Shown: positions 47,401-56,142 of the stretch, piece after piece
Layout: each line of letters starts with the position of its first letter
Position numbering within the stretch: position 1 is the stretch's first letter
NCBI GenBank assembly: GCA_032718475.1
Contig: JAUCBJ010005698.1
Span: forward strand, 1 to 64,000
Direction of reading: 5' to 3'
From: Nemertoderma westbladi
Taxonomy: Eukaryota; Animalia; Xenacoelomorpha
Length of the DNA stretch: 64,000 bases
Program-made: the position numbers and the translations under genes
Notes under the pieces: generated by a model
Told to the model about the DNA's origin: nothing
Seen by the model: the letters and a program-made list of their open reading frames with translations, nothing else
Database searches by the model: none

Positions 47401-50400
47401 CGCATTTAAACGGTGGGGCCCGTCGCACAGCACACATTTCGGCTTGATGTTACTTACTTTAACCTGTGCTATGTGGTGCACACTTGTTCTTTCCTCGGGC
47501 TTTCTCACCTGAATTCCTTTAGGAGACGTAGGAGGGGTTTTTTGTATCGGTTCCCTTCTGTCATTGGGTCGAGACTTGGATTTACTTACCTGTTCTTTAG
47601 GCATTTTATTGACATAATAAGGTCTGTCAGTGTCTTTCCCGCTGTCCTCTCCTTGAGAGGTTTGGCTTTCACCGTCGTCGGTATAACATACTGGTGTTAC
47701 CCTTCTCCTAGAAACGGGTTTCTCACTTACCTTGTTTTCCAATGTCTTCTCTCTGGACTGCCTTAGGAGCTGTAATTTCACTTCTCTATCTAAGAATGAC
47801 ATGAGATCAGTCATGGTAGGGTCTCGTCGTTGTTGTTCCATCATATATAACACTTTCTTATCCCAGTGTGTACCTACTCCACCCTTCGGTAAAGCAGAAG
47901 CCACTGCTCTAATAACCATAGCACTCTGATACTCATGAGACTTACCTAGCCAATCTAATTGTCTGCAGATCTCCTGAATTTCATCGGAAAACTCTATAAT
48001 CCCGCTGCTAATAAACTTTCGGGGCGCTACCAACTTTGCATACAAATACCCAGCTATGTTATTCCTATTACCATACCTGATGTTTAGTGTATCCCAAACT
48101 TGTCTTAATCCGTCTGGATGTCCAATAAACCTTAACGCCATTAACTTGGGAGATCCTTCCAAGCACTCGATGAGGTATCTAAGTTTTTCTCCATTAGATA
48201 GTACAGAGTTCTGTATGTTATCTTTGTAATATTCATTAAAAGGTAACCATTTCATCTCATCTCCATTGAACTTGACGATCTCTCCAACCTTTACCGCTTG
48301 CCGGGCTTCGGTTCTAGCCATTTGACGCGTAAAACTTTCTTGGGCCATCGTGCTATTTAATATCGAGTTATCGGTATATAAATTTCTAGGATTATGGTCA
48401 GTTCTATATGGAATATCATTATCAACAGGTCTATAATTACCCTTAATAGGGTTCACTATAGGAGTTTCTACTTCGCTAGTAGTATAAATGCGTGTAGGCT
48501 CCACACCTTGCGCATGAGATACTTCAGACCTAACGGGTTGACACATTGTTACAGAGGGTGGTGGTATACCCTTTTGGGTGTTTACTAATTTATCGCGTTC
48601 AAGCGCGATACTTTGCTGCACTTCTTGCAACTCTAGCCTACTTTCCCTTACTGTGCCCTTGAACTGCTGGACAGTCTCCTGCATCTGTCCGAGCAGGATA
48701 TCCATCCCCCGCCGTCTCTCGTCCACCCATTCGACCGCCGAAGCGGGAGTCGCCAACGTTGTAGCGGGCGGACGAGGGACAACGGGAGACAAATCTGGAA
48801 TATTTCGCTCGGGGTCCAGGACCTGAACTGTCTCTTGGGCAGTTCCACGGGGCACAGGTAGCTTAGTGCTATGCAGAGGGAATTTAGAAGTAGTTTCAGG
48901 GAGCACAGGTGTATCTATCACCGAAGGGGTGATTTCAAGAACAGGCCTAATTATTTCAGGCTCATCTACTATAGTAGGGAGTCTTTCTATTTTAATTATT
49001 TGGTCTGTGGGCTCTGTACTACCTAAGTTGGTGTTATTTAGTTGCCTTCTAACAGCTGGAGGCAAATCAGGCAATTTCTGACGGTGGAATGTTCTTTTAC
49101 GTCTACTTAGACGAGATCTATTTCCTTTGCCTTCAGTATCGGTGGTATCGCCTTCCTCCGATGATGTATATCCCTGTCTTTTGGGAGTAGATCGATCCAT
49201 CATCCGCATATTGCTAGCCGTTAACTGTTTATTTATGCAGTCTTGATTCTCCTGAATGTTTTCCAATTCTAACTGGGTGGTTTCTTCAGTCGCTCTCCGT
49301 TCTGCTTCTGCCACTGCCTCTGCCGCCTTTCTTTCAGCTGCTGCTTCTGCCAAGGTCGCCTTTGCTTCTGCCGCTGCCTCTGCCGCCCTTGCCTCTGCCG
49401 CTGCCTCTGCCGCCCTTGCCTCTGCCGCTGCCTCTGCCGCCTTTGCCTCTGCCGCTGCCGCTTTTGCCCCTGCTGCTGCCTCTGCCGCTGCCACTTTTCT
49501 TTCTGCTTCTGCAGCTACCACTGCTGCTTTCTTTCTGTCTTCTATGCGTTTTTTCTTTACTTGTTCTTCCCTTTCTCTAGCGATGCGGAGTTGTTCATCG
49601 AATTTAGCTTGGTTCGCCGCTAACCTATCCACATCAATCGCATCTAACACAAGTTTGGCTCCTTCACTATTAGGGCTAAGCCCATCTAGTCTTCTCCGCA
49701 ACTCTTCATCACCTACGAAACGCTGATAGTCTGACAGATAGATGTCAATGGCATCCCTCTTATGCGGTTTCTCTGCTGTCACTTCGCTCTCGGTTGTATC
49801 TAGTAGACTGTCTGACAGATTCTGCTTTGCGTCAGACATGCTTATGTATACCGTTGAATGTCTACTGCTGTATTACAGTCTGAGTAAGTCTAGTAACTCA
49901 GTATTAACTGCTAGCCTAGTAATTAATTACCGGTACTGCTACTCAGTGTAGTAGGATATATATATAATATATTAGAATACCGGTATACTTATAGTATATA
50001 TAACTATATAAGTATTATTACAGACTAGGTTTATCACAGAATACCGGTATAATTTTAGCACAAATATATATAAATATATAATAGGCCTATCGGAATACCG
50101 GTATACAGCTTACAGTTTGTAGGATATATAATTCTGAAATAGAATTAATTACAAGTACCGGTATAATTTCAGCCTAGATTTATAGAAATAAAGATAATAG
50201 GCCTATCGTAAATACCGGTATATCAATTATTTCAAATAATTGAATTTCTGTTACTTTAGGGTTACTTGGTTACTTTACTTACTTTATTACCGTTATTTGA
50301 GCAGTAATCCAACTTATATTGAGACCTAATGGTTGTATGGTAGGCCTACGATTTATAAATCGTTAGATTTGATTTATAATATATATATACCCGTTTTAAT

Positions 50401-53400
50401 GGGTTTTGTCAATGTTTGAAATAAATGTTATTATTTCTGGGGAGTAATCACTACACAAAGCGGTGCGCTTTCAGTGAAGTGTTACGTACAGGACACTAAA
50501 ACAAATAATACTAATTTACCTAAGTTACTTAATACTACAAATTACGTACAATTCGGCTGAGATTACAATCTCTAAATAAATGCAAAAATTTACAAAAAAC
50601 ACAAAATACGAATTTTTAGGGTAATTTTACAAGAAGTCTACAAACCAGCCTAACAAAGGGTTAGAATACCGGTCATTACAACGGACAGGGTACTACGGTA
50701 TTTGAAATAATAAGTAGTAGTAAATACACTGCGTTGTCTAGATAGGAAAATACCACCGCCTGACGACCTATAGCCGTATCGCTATAGGTTCTACGTTATG
50801 TATCACGGAGTGTTCCTACCTAGAAGTTAATAGAGCTAATCGAATGTGCCTATCAACCACTTTACAACACAAATATAATGTCTACAATAATTACTTCGGA
50901 AAGTACTGTACACTAAACCCTAAATTAGGTACGAGTACTTATATAACAGATAATCAGTAGTTAAATATACTTGAACAGCTAAAAGAACCACGGCATCTGC
51001 TGGAGTGACCGATGCACAAAATCACCAGTCTTTACCTACGCCGAGCAGCCCGTGTAGTACCGGGGTTAATTTAACTATAACGGTATGTATAACAAACACA
51101 ATTACTGTAGGAACAAACTTGGGGAATGAATGTTGCGGATAATCGCATAAACTCCGAATAATAAATATTACGCTACGCGTACAAACTACTCAAACAAAAT
51201 ACAGACCGAACACTGACAGACTACTATCAAGCCTAAACAAACTACGGTATATGCAGACTCCGAAATGATTAGGGAGTATGCGCTCTAACCCAGTAGTGCG
51301 ACTTATTCTTTAGTTGGGGGATTACCTTACAGCGTTCGCTGCCCCTACTGCCTAATCATACTTAATCGGACAGATGATCTACACACGTGGCAATCCGTTC
51401 AGACCTAATAACAGCCAGACAACTATCCAGCCTACAAATTATCTAAATAAAATTATACGCTACCCGTACAGACTTACACAAACAAAGTACAGACTAAACG
51501 ATGGCAGACCACTCTCAAGCCTAAATAAACCACAGGACATGCAGACTCCGAAATGATTAGGGAGTATGCGCTCTAACCCAGTAGTGCGACTTATTCTTTA
51601 GTTGGGGGATTACCTTACAGCGTTCGCTGCCCCTACTGCCTAATCGTACTTAATCGGACAAGTGCTCTACACACACTGTAATCCGTTCAGACTTAACAGC
51701 AATCAGACAACAGCTCAGCCTACAAATTGTCTGTACAATCTGATCAGGCTTACACGCCTTCTGTTCAATACTGGCCTACAAATAAATAAAACTTGACAGA
51801 AATAAGTAAACCATATAAAGGTATAAGGGGTGATCAATCCCTAATCCCCTAAACAGCCTACCGGTATACAACAATCAAATCGAATAATACTAGTGTACTT
51901 ATACGGAAGTACCGGTTAGAACAGTTAGGCCTACTGACCTACAGAATGTACCGGTTCAGGTTTACCGGTTGACCGGTACTTTCAACTTTATTGCTTACTG
52001 CAACAAAGAAGCTATATCCTTTAATGTTCGCGCTTTCAGACCTTTGGCAGTTTAACCCACCAAATTAAGATGTCTTCTAGATATTAAATCAGTTTTTAGT
52101 CTATGACACGTATTTGATTCACTACACTAGTCGAAACCAATCCGTGCGCGACCATTCACCCGCTGGATATTCCCGGGAGATTGGGTTCGACGGTTTAATT
52201 TTGTTGCTATGTAAGCCTAATGTATTATTCGACTGACAGTATTATATAATCTCTGACAATATTATTTACCTTCGGGAATATTAACAGTTCCTTTAGGACG
52301 TGGCACTTTATCTACATAAACAGAGTTATGACTTAAACTACTCACAACGATATGGCTTAATTATAATTCACATATATGGCGCATTCTTTAGGAATTGCTT
52401 CTTTAACAGACTCACTCATACACAATGCTGCACAATACTGCACACTAATCTGCCAATCTTCACTGATTTTAGTCACATATAAAAGGAACACAGACTGACT
52501 CATGTAGGGTCTATCAAATAACATTAGATTCACTTCAAACCACTTTAACATAAGTCACAATCGTTTATCTGTAACCCTTCTCTCTTACCTTCGGTATATC
52601 AAGAATATTGGGTTTCGGGGTGATTTATCGTTATTCCAATATAATAATTCATCAACCATATTATGAAGAACTGACAGTAAATAGCAGTATAAAACAACAA
52701 CTGAACACTGATTGTTATGAGTTTGCAATGTTTCAGCAGTCAGGATGTATGATCAGTCAGCAGTTGATTCCATGAGTCAGGTAGGTTAAAGGATATATGC
52801 CCTTTATAATTAAACCTACTAGTGTAAGACTAAAAACAGTAAAGCACAAAATACTTCCAAGCCGTTCTTTCTTTGGCTCAGGACTGAATGTAAACAATGC
52901 ACATAGGCATTGCGTCATTTCTCGGAAATTTTCTGTACAAGGAGCCACAAAAACGCTCCAATTGGCTGACTGAACTGAGAGACGCCGTAGAACAAAGGAA
53001 ATCAACACGTATGAATGTCAGCTGTTAACCGTAGTCATAGTAACTACTGTTCAAGAGTAGCTATCACCCCTTTGCGTCACGAATTGCCATAGAATCATAA
53101 AATATGCCTTTCACAGTACACATACGGAGGAAATAGGTCTTAGATCCTCTAAAAACACCGATACAGCAATAATACGGTCTCTTACACTTATTAAATCAAC
53201 TACAGAGTATTTTAATGTAAAAGATAATAAAAATAACGGGGCAATTCAGCAAAGGCTTTTACAGAGGCTGTGCCCAACCAAATACAAATATTCTTGACAA
53301 ACAGTAGTCAGTCAGCTCAGCAAGTAGATGTCACAAAATGATAGCTCTGCTTTAGACTTTATGTTATCATATTTATAATACCAGTAGGAATGAATATGAT

Positions 53401-54381
53401 ACACCTATGAAAAAAATTGTATTGTATTCCATTGTATTTGATTCTGTTTAAATTTGTTTGAATTTATAAGAAAATTTATTTTGATGTTTTTTTTGGAAAT
53501 TTACATTAATTATTGTACATTTTTGATGTAAAAATTGTACAATTCGTTGAAATGAAAATCCGGTCAAAAATTGAAATCCGGCCAGAGCAGGAGTCGGAGC
53601 CGGAACCTGATTTTTTTCTCAAAATCCGACCTCAATTCGGCCTGGCCAGATATCCGACACACCCCTAATCCGCATGCTGCATTGCATTGTGTCATTAAGA
53701 ATGCTATGTCGGCTTATCGACAAAATATTAATATATAAATATTAACTTAAAAACCCTTGAATTTAGTATAAATTGTGATTTTTAATTTGAATTAGGCCTA
53801 AGTAGAACTTAAGTAAAACATGAGTTGAATTACAGAATTAAGTTACATGCAATTAGCTATCAGCTGACGGCAAACAGCTGGTCGGCAGGTTTTATTCGCA
53901 TCGGGAGGCATTCGGAAGAGAACAGAGAACAAGCCTGAAAACGGGAGAAGGAAGGAAAGGGTGCAGTCTCGGTGGGAGGGACATTTGAAAATTATAAATA
54001 GAGTTTGGTGTCATCGGTGGGCCAATATTAACGTAAACGTGGAACAAGCTCGTTGATAAATAATTCAATCTGTCAATACTGCAATAGGGCCTAATTTACA
54101 TCATAAATTATAAATGAGCTCTGAACAGAACATCAGAACCAGATAAATAGGATAACTCCCGAAAACTTACCTGTGGTAACAATATACTGTTTGTCAGGAC
54201 TTACTCCCACTGTATCACAAACTATCGGCATACCGAAATCCTGGAGAAGTTGAATACTTCGTCGCATTTCTGGATGCTGTCGCTTGAGTTTTTGGGCTTT
54301 CTTTGAACCCAGCCATTCGGGTATGGATCGCCCCTTCGAGAGGTTGTAGATCTTAACGTCATTTGGGGCAGAAACTTCCAT
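32423..54381 (-). CDS. NOL10: Nucleolar protein 10 (Enp2 homolog), ~669 aa; exons 54381-54171, 36606-36442, 34056-32423
   Basis: MEVSAPNDVKIYNLS.G.SIPEWL, GTYKPRMRCYD..FERCFDSE..LSDDYSKLVFL, R.PRFGRD, WCSFLDSLTEELEE, YDDYRF, YMHGYFID, NUC153 motif DARFAALF.NPD.EVD. GT-AG phase-1 junctions join in frame (2010 nt). Intron 1 is ~17.5 kb. Confidence 0.96.
34270..35062 (+). mobile_element. 5'-truncated RTE LINE 3' end with (TA)n tail, in NOL10 intron 2
   Basis: LEHVDDFCYLGSW..R.RKGKAW..KVRLFRAAV..FAGHC..MGDRELWR, followed by an AT microsatellite. Confidence 0.92.
35108..35375. repeat. 19/23-bp minisatellite
   Basis: gttacagtaaccagtttat repeated ~13 times. Confidence 0.9.
35545..36298. mobile_element. 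MITE whose left TIR is amplified as a 53-bp tandem array (~10 copies)
   Basis: gcccatgtgaagaatac at 35545 and gtattcttcacatgggc at 36281-36297; unit cccatgtgaagaataccagactttctgccgttatatttcactttgcagttacc. Related rearranged copy at ~39170-39516. Confidence 0.85.
36769..38800. repeat. Two diverged direct copies (36769-37258 and 38260-38800) of a (GATCT)n-headed dispersed repeat; inverted heads at 39880-40040
   Basis: gtagaataaaacgtctgtccttatctgatctgatctg...gaaggatggcgggtatgaaagttgtgtgattgtcccagcaaag is shared by both copies. Confidence 0.85.
38080..38256 (-). mobile_element. tRNA-derived SINE-like element, copy 1
   Basis: Minus strand TGGTGTAGTGGTTA (A box) ... GGTTCAACCCC (B box); body shared with 39704-39850; no intact cloverleaf. 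Confidence 0.7.
39704..39850 (-). mobile_element. tRNA-derived SINE-like element, copy 2
   Basis: Same A/B boxes and body as 38080-38256. Confidence 0.7.
40600..40850. repeat. ~42-bp GC-rich minisatellite, ~6 copies
   Basis: ggggctcggggatggggctggtctcccgtacgccaacggcta repeated. Confidence 0.92.
41203..42441 (-). repeat. 3' LTR of the BEL/Pao element
   Basis: Plus strand tgttcgcgctttcagacc...aaaggcttttaca; direct repeat of 52025-53263. Confidence 0.97.
43081..44067 (-). CDS. Orphan 328-aa ORF in the 3' internal region of the BEL element
   Basis: Open 987-nt ORF in element sense; hydrophilic, no signal peptide or TM segment; CDEC...CFKH putative zinc site; no family recognised. Confidence 0.6.
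   Translation of the reverse strand: MWINSYIADMTELIEDVLGIGERYTLLLQAFVDSLIRGDVSPTAAEDDGRYIEPPMSQEQLARELDYRKFAARYTQRNGTYMAFLTTGHPIDLHDIDDIDTKGEMVLFKYHTQRRRNNKPRIEHENSMRNRIEREDVEEPDKRSDFNDYLEFLIETYRNIASQQNLETRYPQGIHHDCMVELKRPDSPMMYLTADRPLPVVPNSFERMEEYCKLEKDHTRSPYKTYVFGYYCDECPRPNQQTERHKHPRRRCFKHGFIRYTYRSFERNLFNVSPTLVRFRRSLNKPMIRVSECSVKPPHSLVGPQTCDLGGVADPRGLYSLFKDLVLP
45697..49839 (-). CDS. BEL/Pao Gag-protease polyprotein with RNase H C-terminal remnant (1380 aa); RT and integrase absent
   Basis: DUF1759-like KFNGDEMKW..F..LSNGEKLRYL..L.G; three knuckles CVLCDGPHRLNAC, CYNCLRRGHQRRTC, CAKCGAKHHILLH; protease NALLDSGSTGTFI; then QWRYCPKKFNPTDIASRG and YSSWNRL, with no YVDD RT motif and no integrase motifs. 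Confidence 0.93.
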   Translation of the reverse strand: MSDAKQNLSDSLLDTTESEVTAEKPHKRDAIDIYLSDYQRFVGDEELRRRLDGLSPNSEGAKLVLDAIDVDRLAANQAKFDEQLRIAREREEQVKKKRIEDRKKAAVVAAEAERKVAAAEAAAGAKAAAAEAKAAEAAAEARAAEAAAEARAAEAAAEAKATLAEAAAERKAAEAVAEAERRATEETTQLELENIQENQDCINKQLTASNMRMMDRSTPKRQGYTSSEEGDTTDTEGKGNRSRLSRRKRTFHRQKLPDLPPAVRRQLNNTNLGSTEPTDQIIKIERLPTIVDEPEIIRPVLEITPSVIDTPVLPETTSKFPLHSTKLPVPRGTAQETVQVLDPERNIPDLSPVVPRPPATTLATPASAVEWVDERRRGMDILLGQMQETVQQFKGTVRESRLELQEVQQSIALERDKLVNTQKGIPPPSVTMCQPVRSEVSHAQGVEPTRIYTTSEVETPIVNPIKGNYRPVDNDIPYRTDHNPRNLYTDNSILNSTMAQESFTRQMARTEARQAVKVGEIVKFNGDEMKWLPFNEYYKDNIQNSVLSNGEKLRYLIECLEGSPKLMALRFIGHPDGLRQVWDTLNIRYGNRNNIAGYLYAKLVAPRKFISSGIIEFSDEIQEICRQLDWLGKSHEYQSAMVIRAVASALPKGGVGTHWDKKVLYMMEQQRRDPTMTDLMSFLDREVKLQLLRQSREKTLENKVSEKPVSRRRVTPVCYTDDGESQTSQGEDSGKDTDRPYYVNKMPKEQVSKSKSRPNDRREPIQKTPPTSPKGIQVRKPEERTSVHHIAQVKVSNIKPKCVLCDGPHRLNACDKFLRKSLEDRREVMWDKRLCYNCLRRGHQRRTCNSDARCAKCGAKHHILLHTEFERNSPSQVSESELHVQFSDVNDTDQSEMEGFYTDEFSDQNESCYLINTTAVYRALVHEKDTDSDLTLTTSDQQPSWKAPTSNIGIREFPVVQVRVHGPKRSYVVNALLDSGSTGTFIDKELAEDIFAGQPKFQTKLNMSGIMQVWKSTITADYYVGALSTPQDELGEHSIRSVKMVAIKNFATTQADLYNWDEDESIQHLNIPRFQTDYPGVQILIGQNAHEALETLEKRPAQPQPLQTYAVRTRVCWYLTGPSRRTLRERLLQDRVCQVSEWEDDTSEGDDPTEGTPHSSDNDNLSSNVDQWRYCPKKFNPTDIASRGATPQELTDTIDRLGEPDFLSKENEWPPHLTPTEIRPAKGAEKVEPETRTGGSELFEPGIDLSVLHVARDDAVDLGLPSASGSFMKIRESDWSSGTSDVSQRLSPLLQRATDHYSSWNRLCDAVIYFERCFYRHYSRTKRKPGIVFRMQRLNHPVGRLCLSEGNGGLSGNCGRQDSLPTTTSLILQTSRDSIT
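52025..53263 (-). repeat. 5' LTR of the BEL/Pao element
   Basis: Direct repeat of 41203-42441; upstream of gag on the minus strand. Confidence 0.97.
53264..53667. mobile_element. Right part of a decayed copy of the hAT MITE family at 13059-14015, split by the BEL insertion
   Basis: gaggctg..ccaaccaaatacaaa..ttcttg.., atagctctgctttagacttt and terminal gatatccgacacaccccta match 13582-14015; the left BEL flank tgttagtgaggc matches 13576-13587. Confidence 0.85.
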
Positions 54382-55088
54382 TGCCAAGTTTCAAATTAAT
54401 TAAACTAGTTAACTTTGCAATTCGAATCCAGCCATACCGGTACCGGTAACTACTGTCTGACTGTAGCAGTGTGTAGGCCTACTTTAACCTTAACAAGTTA
54501 AGCACAATAAAAAAAATACCGGGCCGGTAATCAGAAAATGGAACAGTGCCAACCAACCCTGCCTGACTGCCAGAATAGAGTCTCATTATCAGATTACTGG
54601 ATATTTCTGGATTATTACTGGATATTTACTACCATGTTGCCATGTGATTCCCGTTCGTATATAATCTGATAACAGGGTCCAGCTGATTATTCTCATAAAT
54701 AAAACTAACCTTTTCTATTGAGTGAGTGACTCTCAGTTATCGTTTTGGGTCTACAATGGCAGAATGGTGAATGGAGTCAATAATGCTGTCAAGGTTTCAG
54801 ATAATTATTGATACCGTTTGCACCGAAACTTTAATCAAAACTTAAACATGAAATATTGTAATTGTATGTTCTGCAAAGTGAGTGATACCAGTACCTAATT
54901 TTTTTGGAATTGGGAGGGGAAATTGAACTTGTTTATTAGCGGATCCAAAGGTTGAATATTTAAATGTAAATAGTTAGGGCTTATGAGACAGTTACCTTAT
55001 GTATATGGTACAATACCTCCTGTATCACCCACTCTCCGTGTGATAAGCAGATTACAATTCAGTGGGCACTGCCGGAGAAAACGAGACA

Positions 55089-55317
55089 GGGGGGGGGGGG
55101 GGGACTGGACGCAAATCCCGCCATGGCGAATTAATATCCCGCCTCAATGTTAAATTCTCAATTTAGGGTAAGGAGTGGAACGATATTTTAAACAAAACAA
55201 TAAACTAAACACAATAGAACAGGTTACAGTTTTATTTTTGCTCGTAAACAGCTGTTATTTGCGGCCAATTTCCCCTGGAGAGGGATGAATTTTTATTGCG
55301 TCCAGTCCCCCCCCCCC
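55089..55317. mobile_element. MITE with poly-G/poly-C TIRs
   Basis: G(n)ACTGGACGCAA ... TTGCGTCCAGTC(n); second family member at ~31773. Confidence 0.8.
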
Positions 55318-56142
55318 TTTCTGGAGTAAACATAAGATATCAACTTTTCTGGCAGCCATCCCATCGCAAGGTTAGCGTTGCGTTAGCTGTGGACGACCGG
55401 GTATGACATATGTTTGATCGATCTAGTAGTAGTAATAGTTGTTGTAGTACATAGTATTCCAGATATCTGAGAACTTGATGTTTTGCCAAAGAATCAACCT
55501 CGGTTTGGGCACTTTTAGTGAGATTAATCCAAATAAAGCTAATTGTAGGGTAATAATAATTTCATCAATGATTGTAGTCTATAGGGTGCTGGGTGGGTAG
55601 AATAAAGCAATAAAACAGGTGGTAGAATTATATATAAATTTAAATTTTAGAATTGTGTATGTGTATACTGCCCTGTATATTGGCAGTAACTGCAAATTTG
55701 AGGAATTAATATATTATACTATATATATCTATATCTATACTATATGTAAGGACTCACTTAGAGTCAACCAATCACACGTAAGGGCGCGCTCACTTAGAGT
55801 CAACCAATCACACATATGGACGCGCTCACTTTGGGTCAAACAATCACACGTAAGCACTCACTTCGAGTCAACCAATCACACGTAAGGGCGCGCTCACTTT
55901 GGGTCAACCAATCACACGTAAGGATGCAGTCACTTAGAGTCAACCAATCACACGTAAGGGCGCGCTCACTTTGGGTCAAACAATCACACGTAAGGACTCA
56001 CTTAGAGTCAACCAATCACACATAAGGACGCGCTCACTTTGGATCAAACAATCACACGTAAGGACGCGCTCACTTAGAGTCAACCAATCACACGTAAGGA
56101 TTCACTTAGAGTCAACCAATCACACGTAAGGGCACGCTCACT

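Larger units (their letters stand above)
41203..53263 (-). mobile_element. BEL/Pao LTR retrotransposon, internally deleted (non-autonomous), recently inserted
   Basis: TG...CA LTRs of 1239 bp with no difference noticed by eye; 5-bp TSD GAGGC (41198-41202 and 53264-53268); BEL-type Gag-PR ORF; short purine tract GGGAGCGG before the 3' LTR on minus. Confidence 0.96.

Noticed and set aside
51072-51084. TAACTATAACGGT, matching part of the LSU rRNA I-CeuI site
   Set aside because: Only 13 bp with no flanking rRNA similarity; probably chance.
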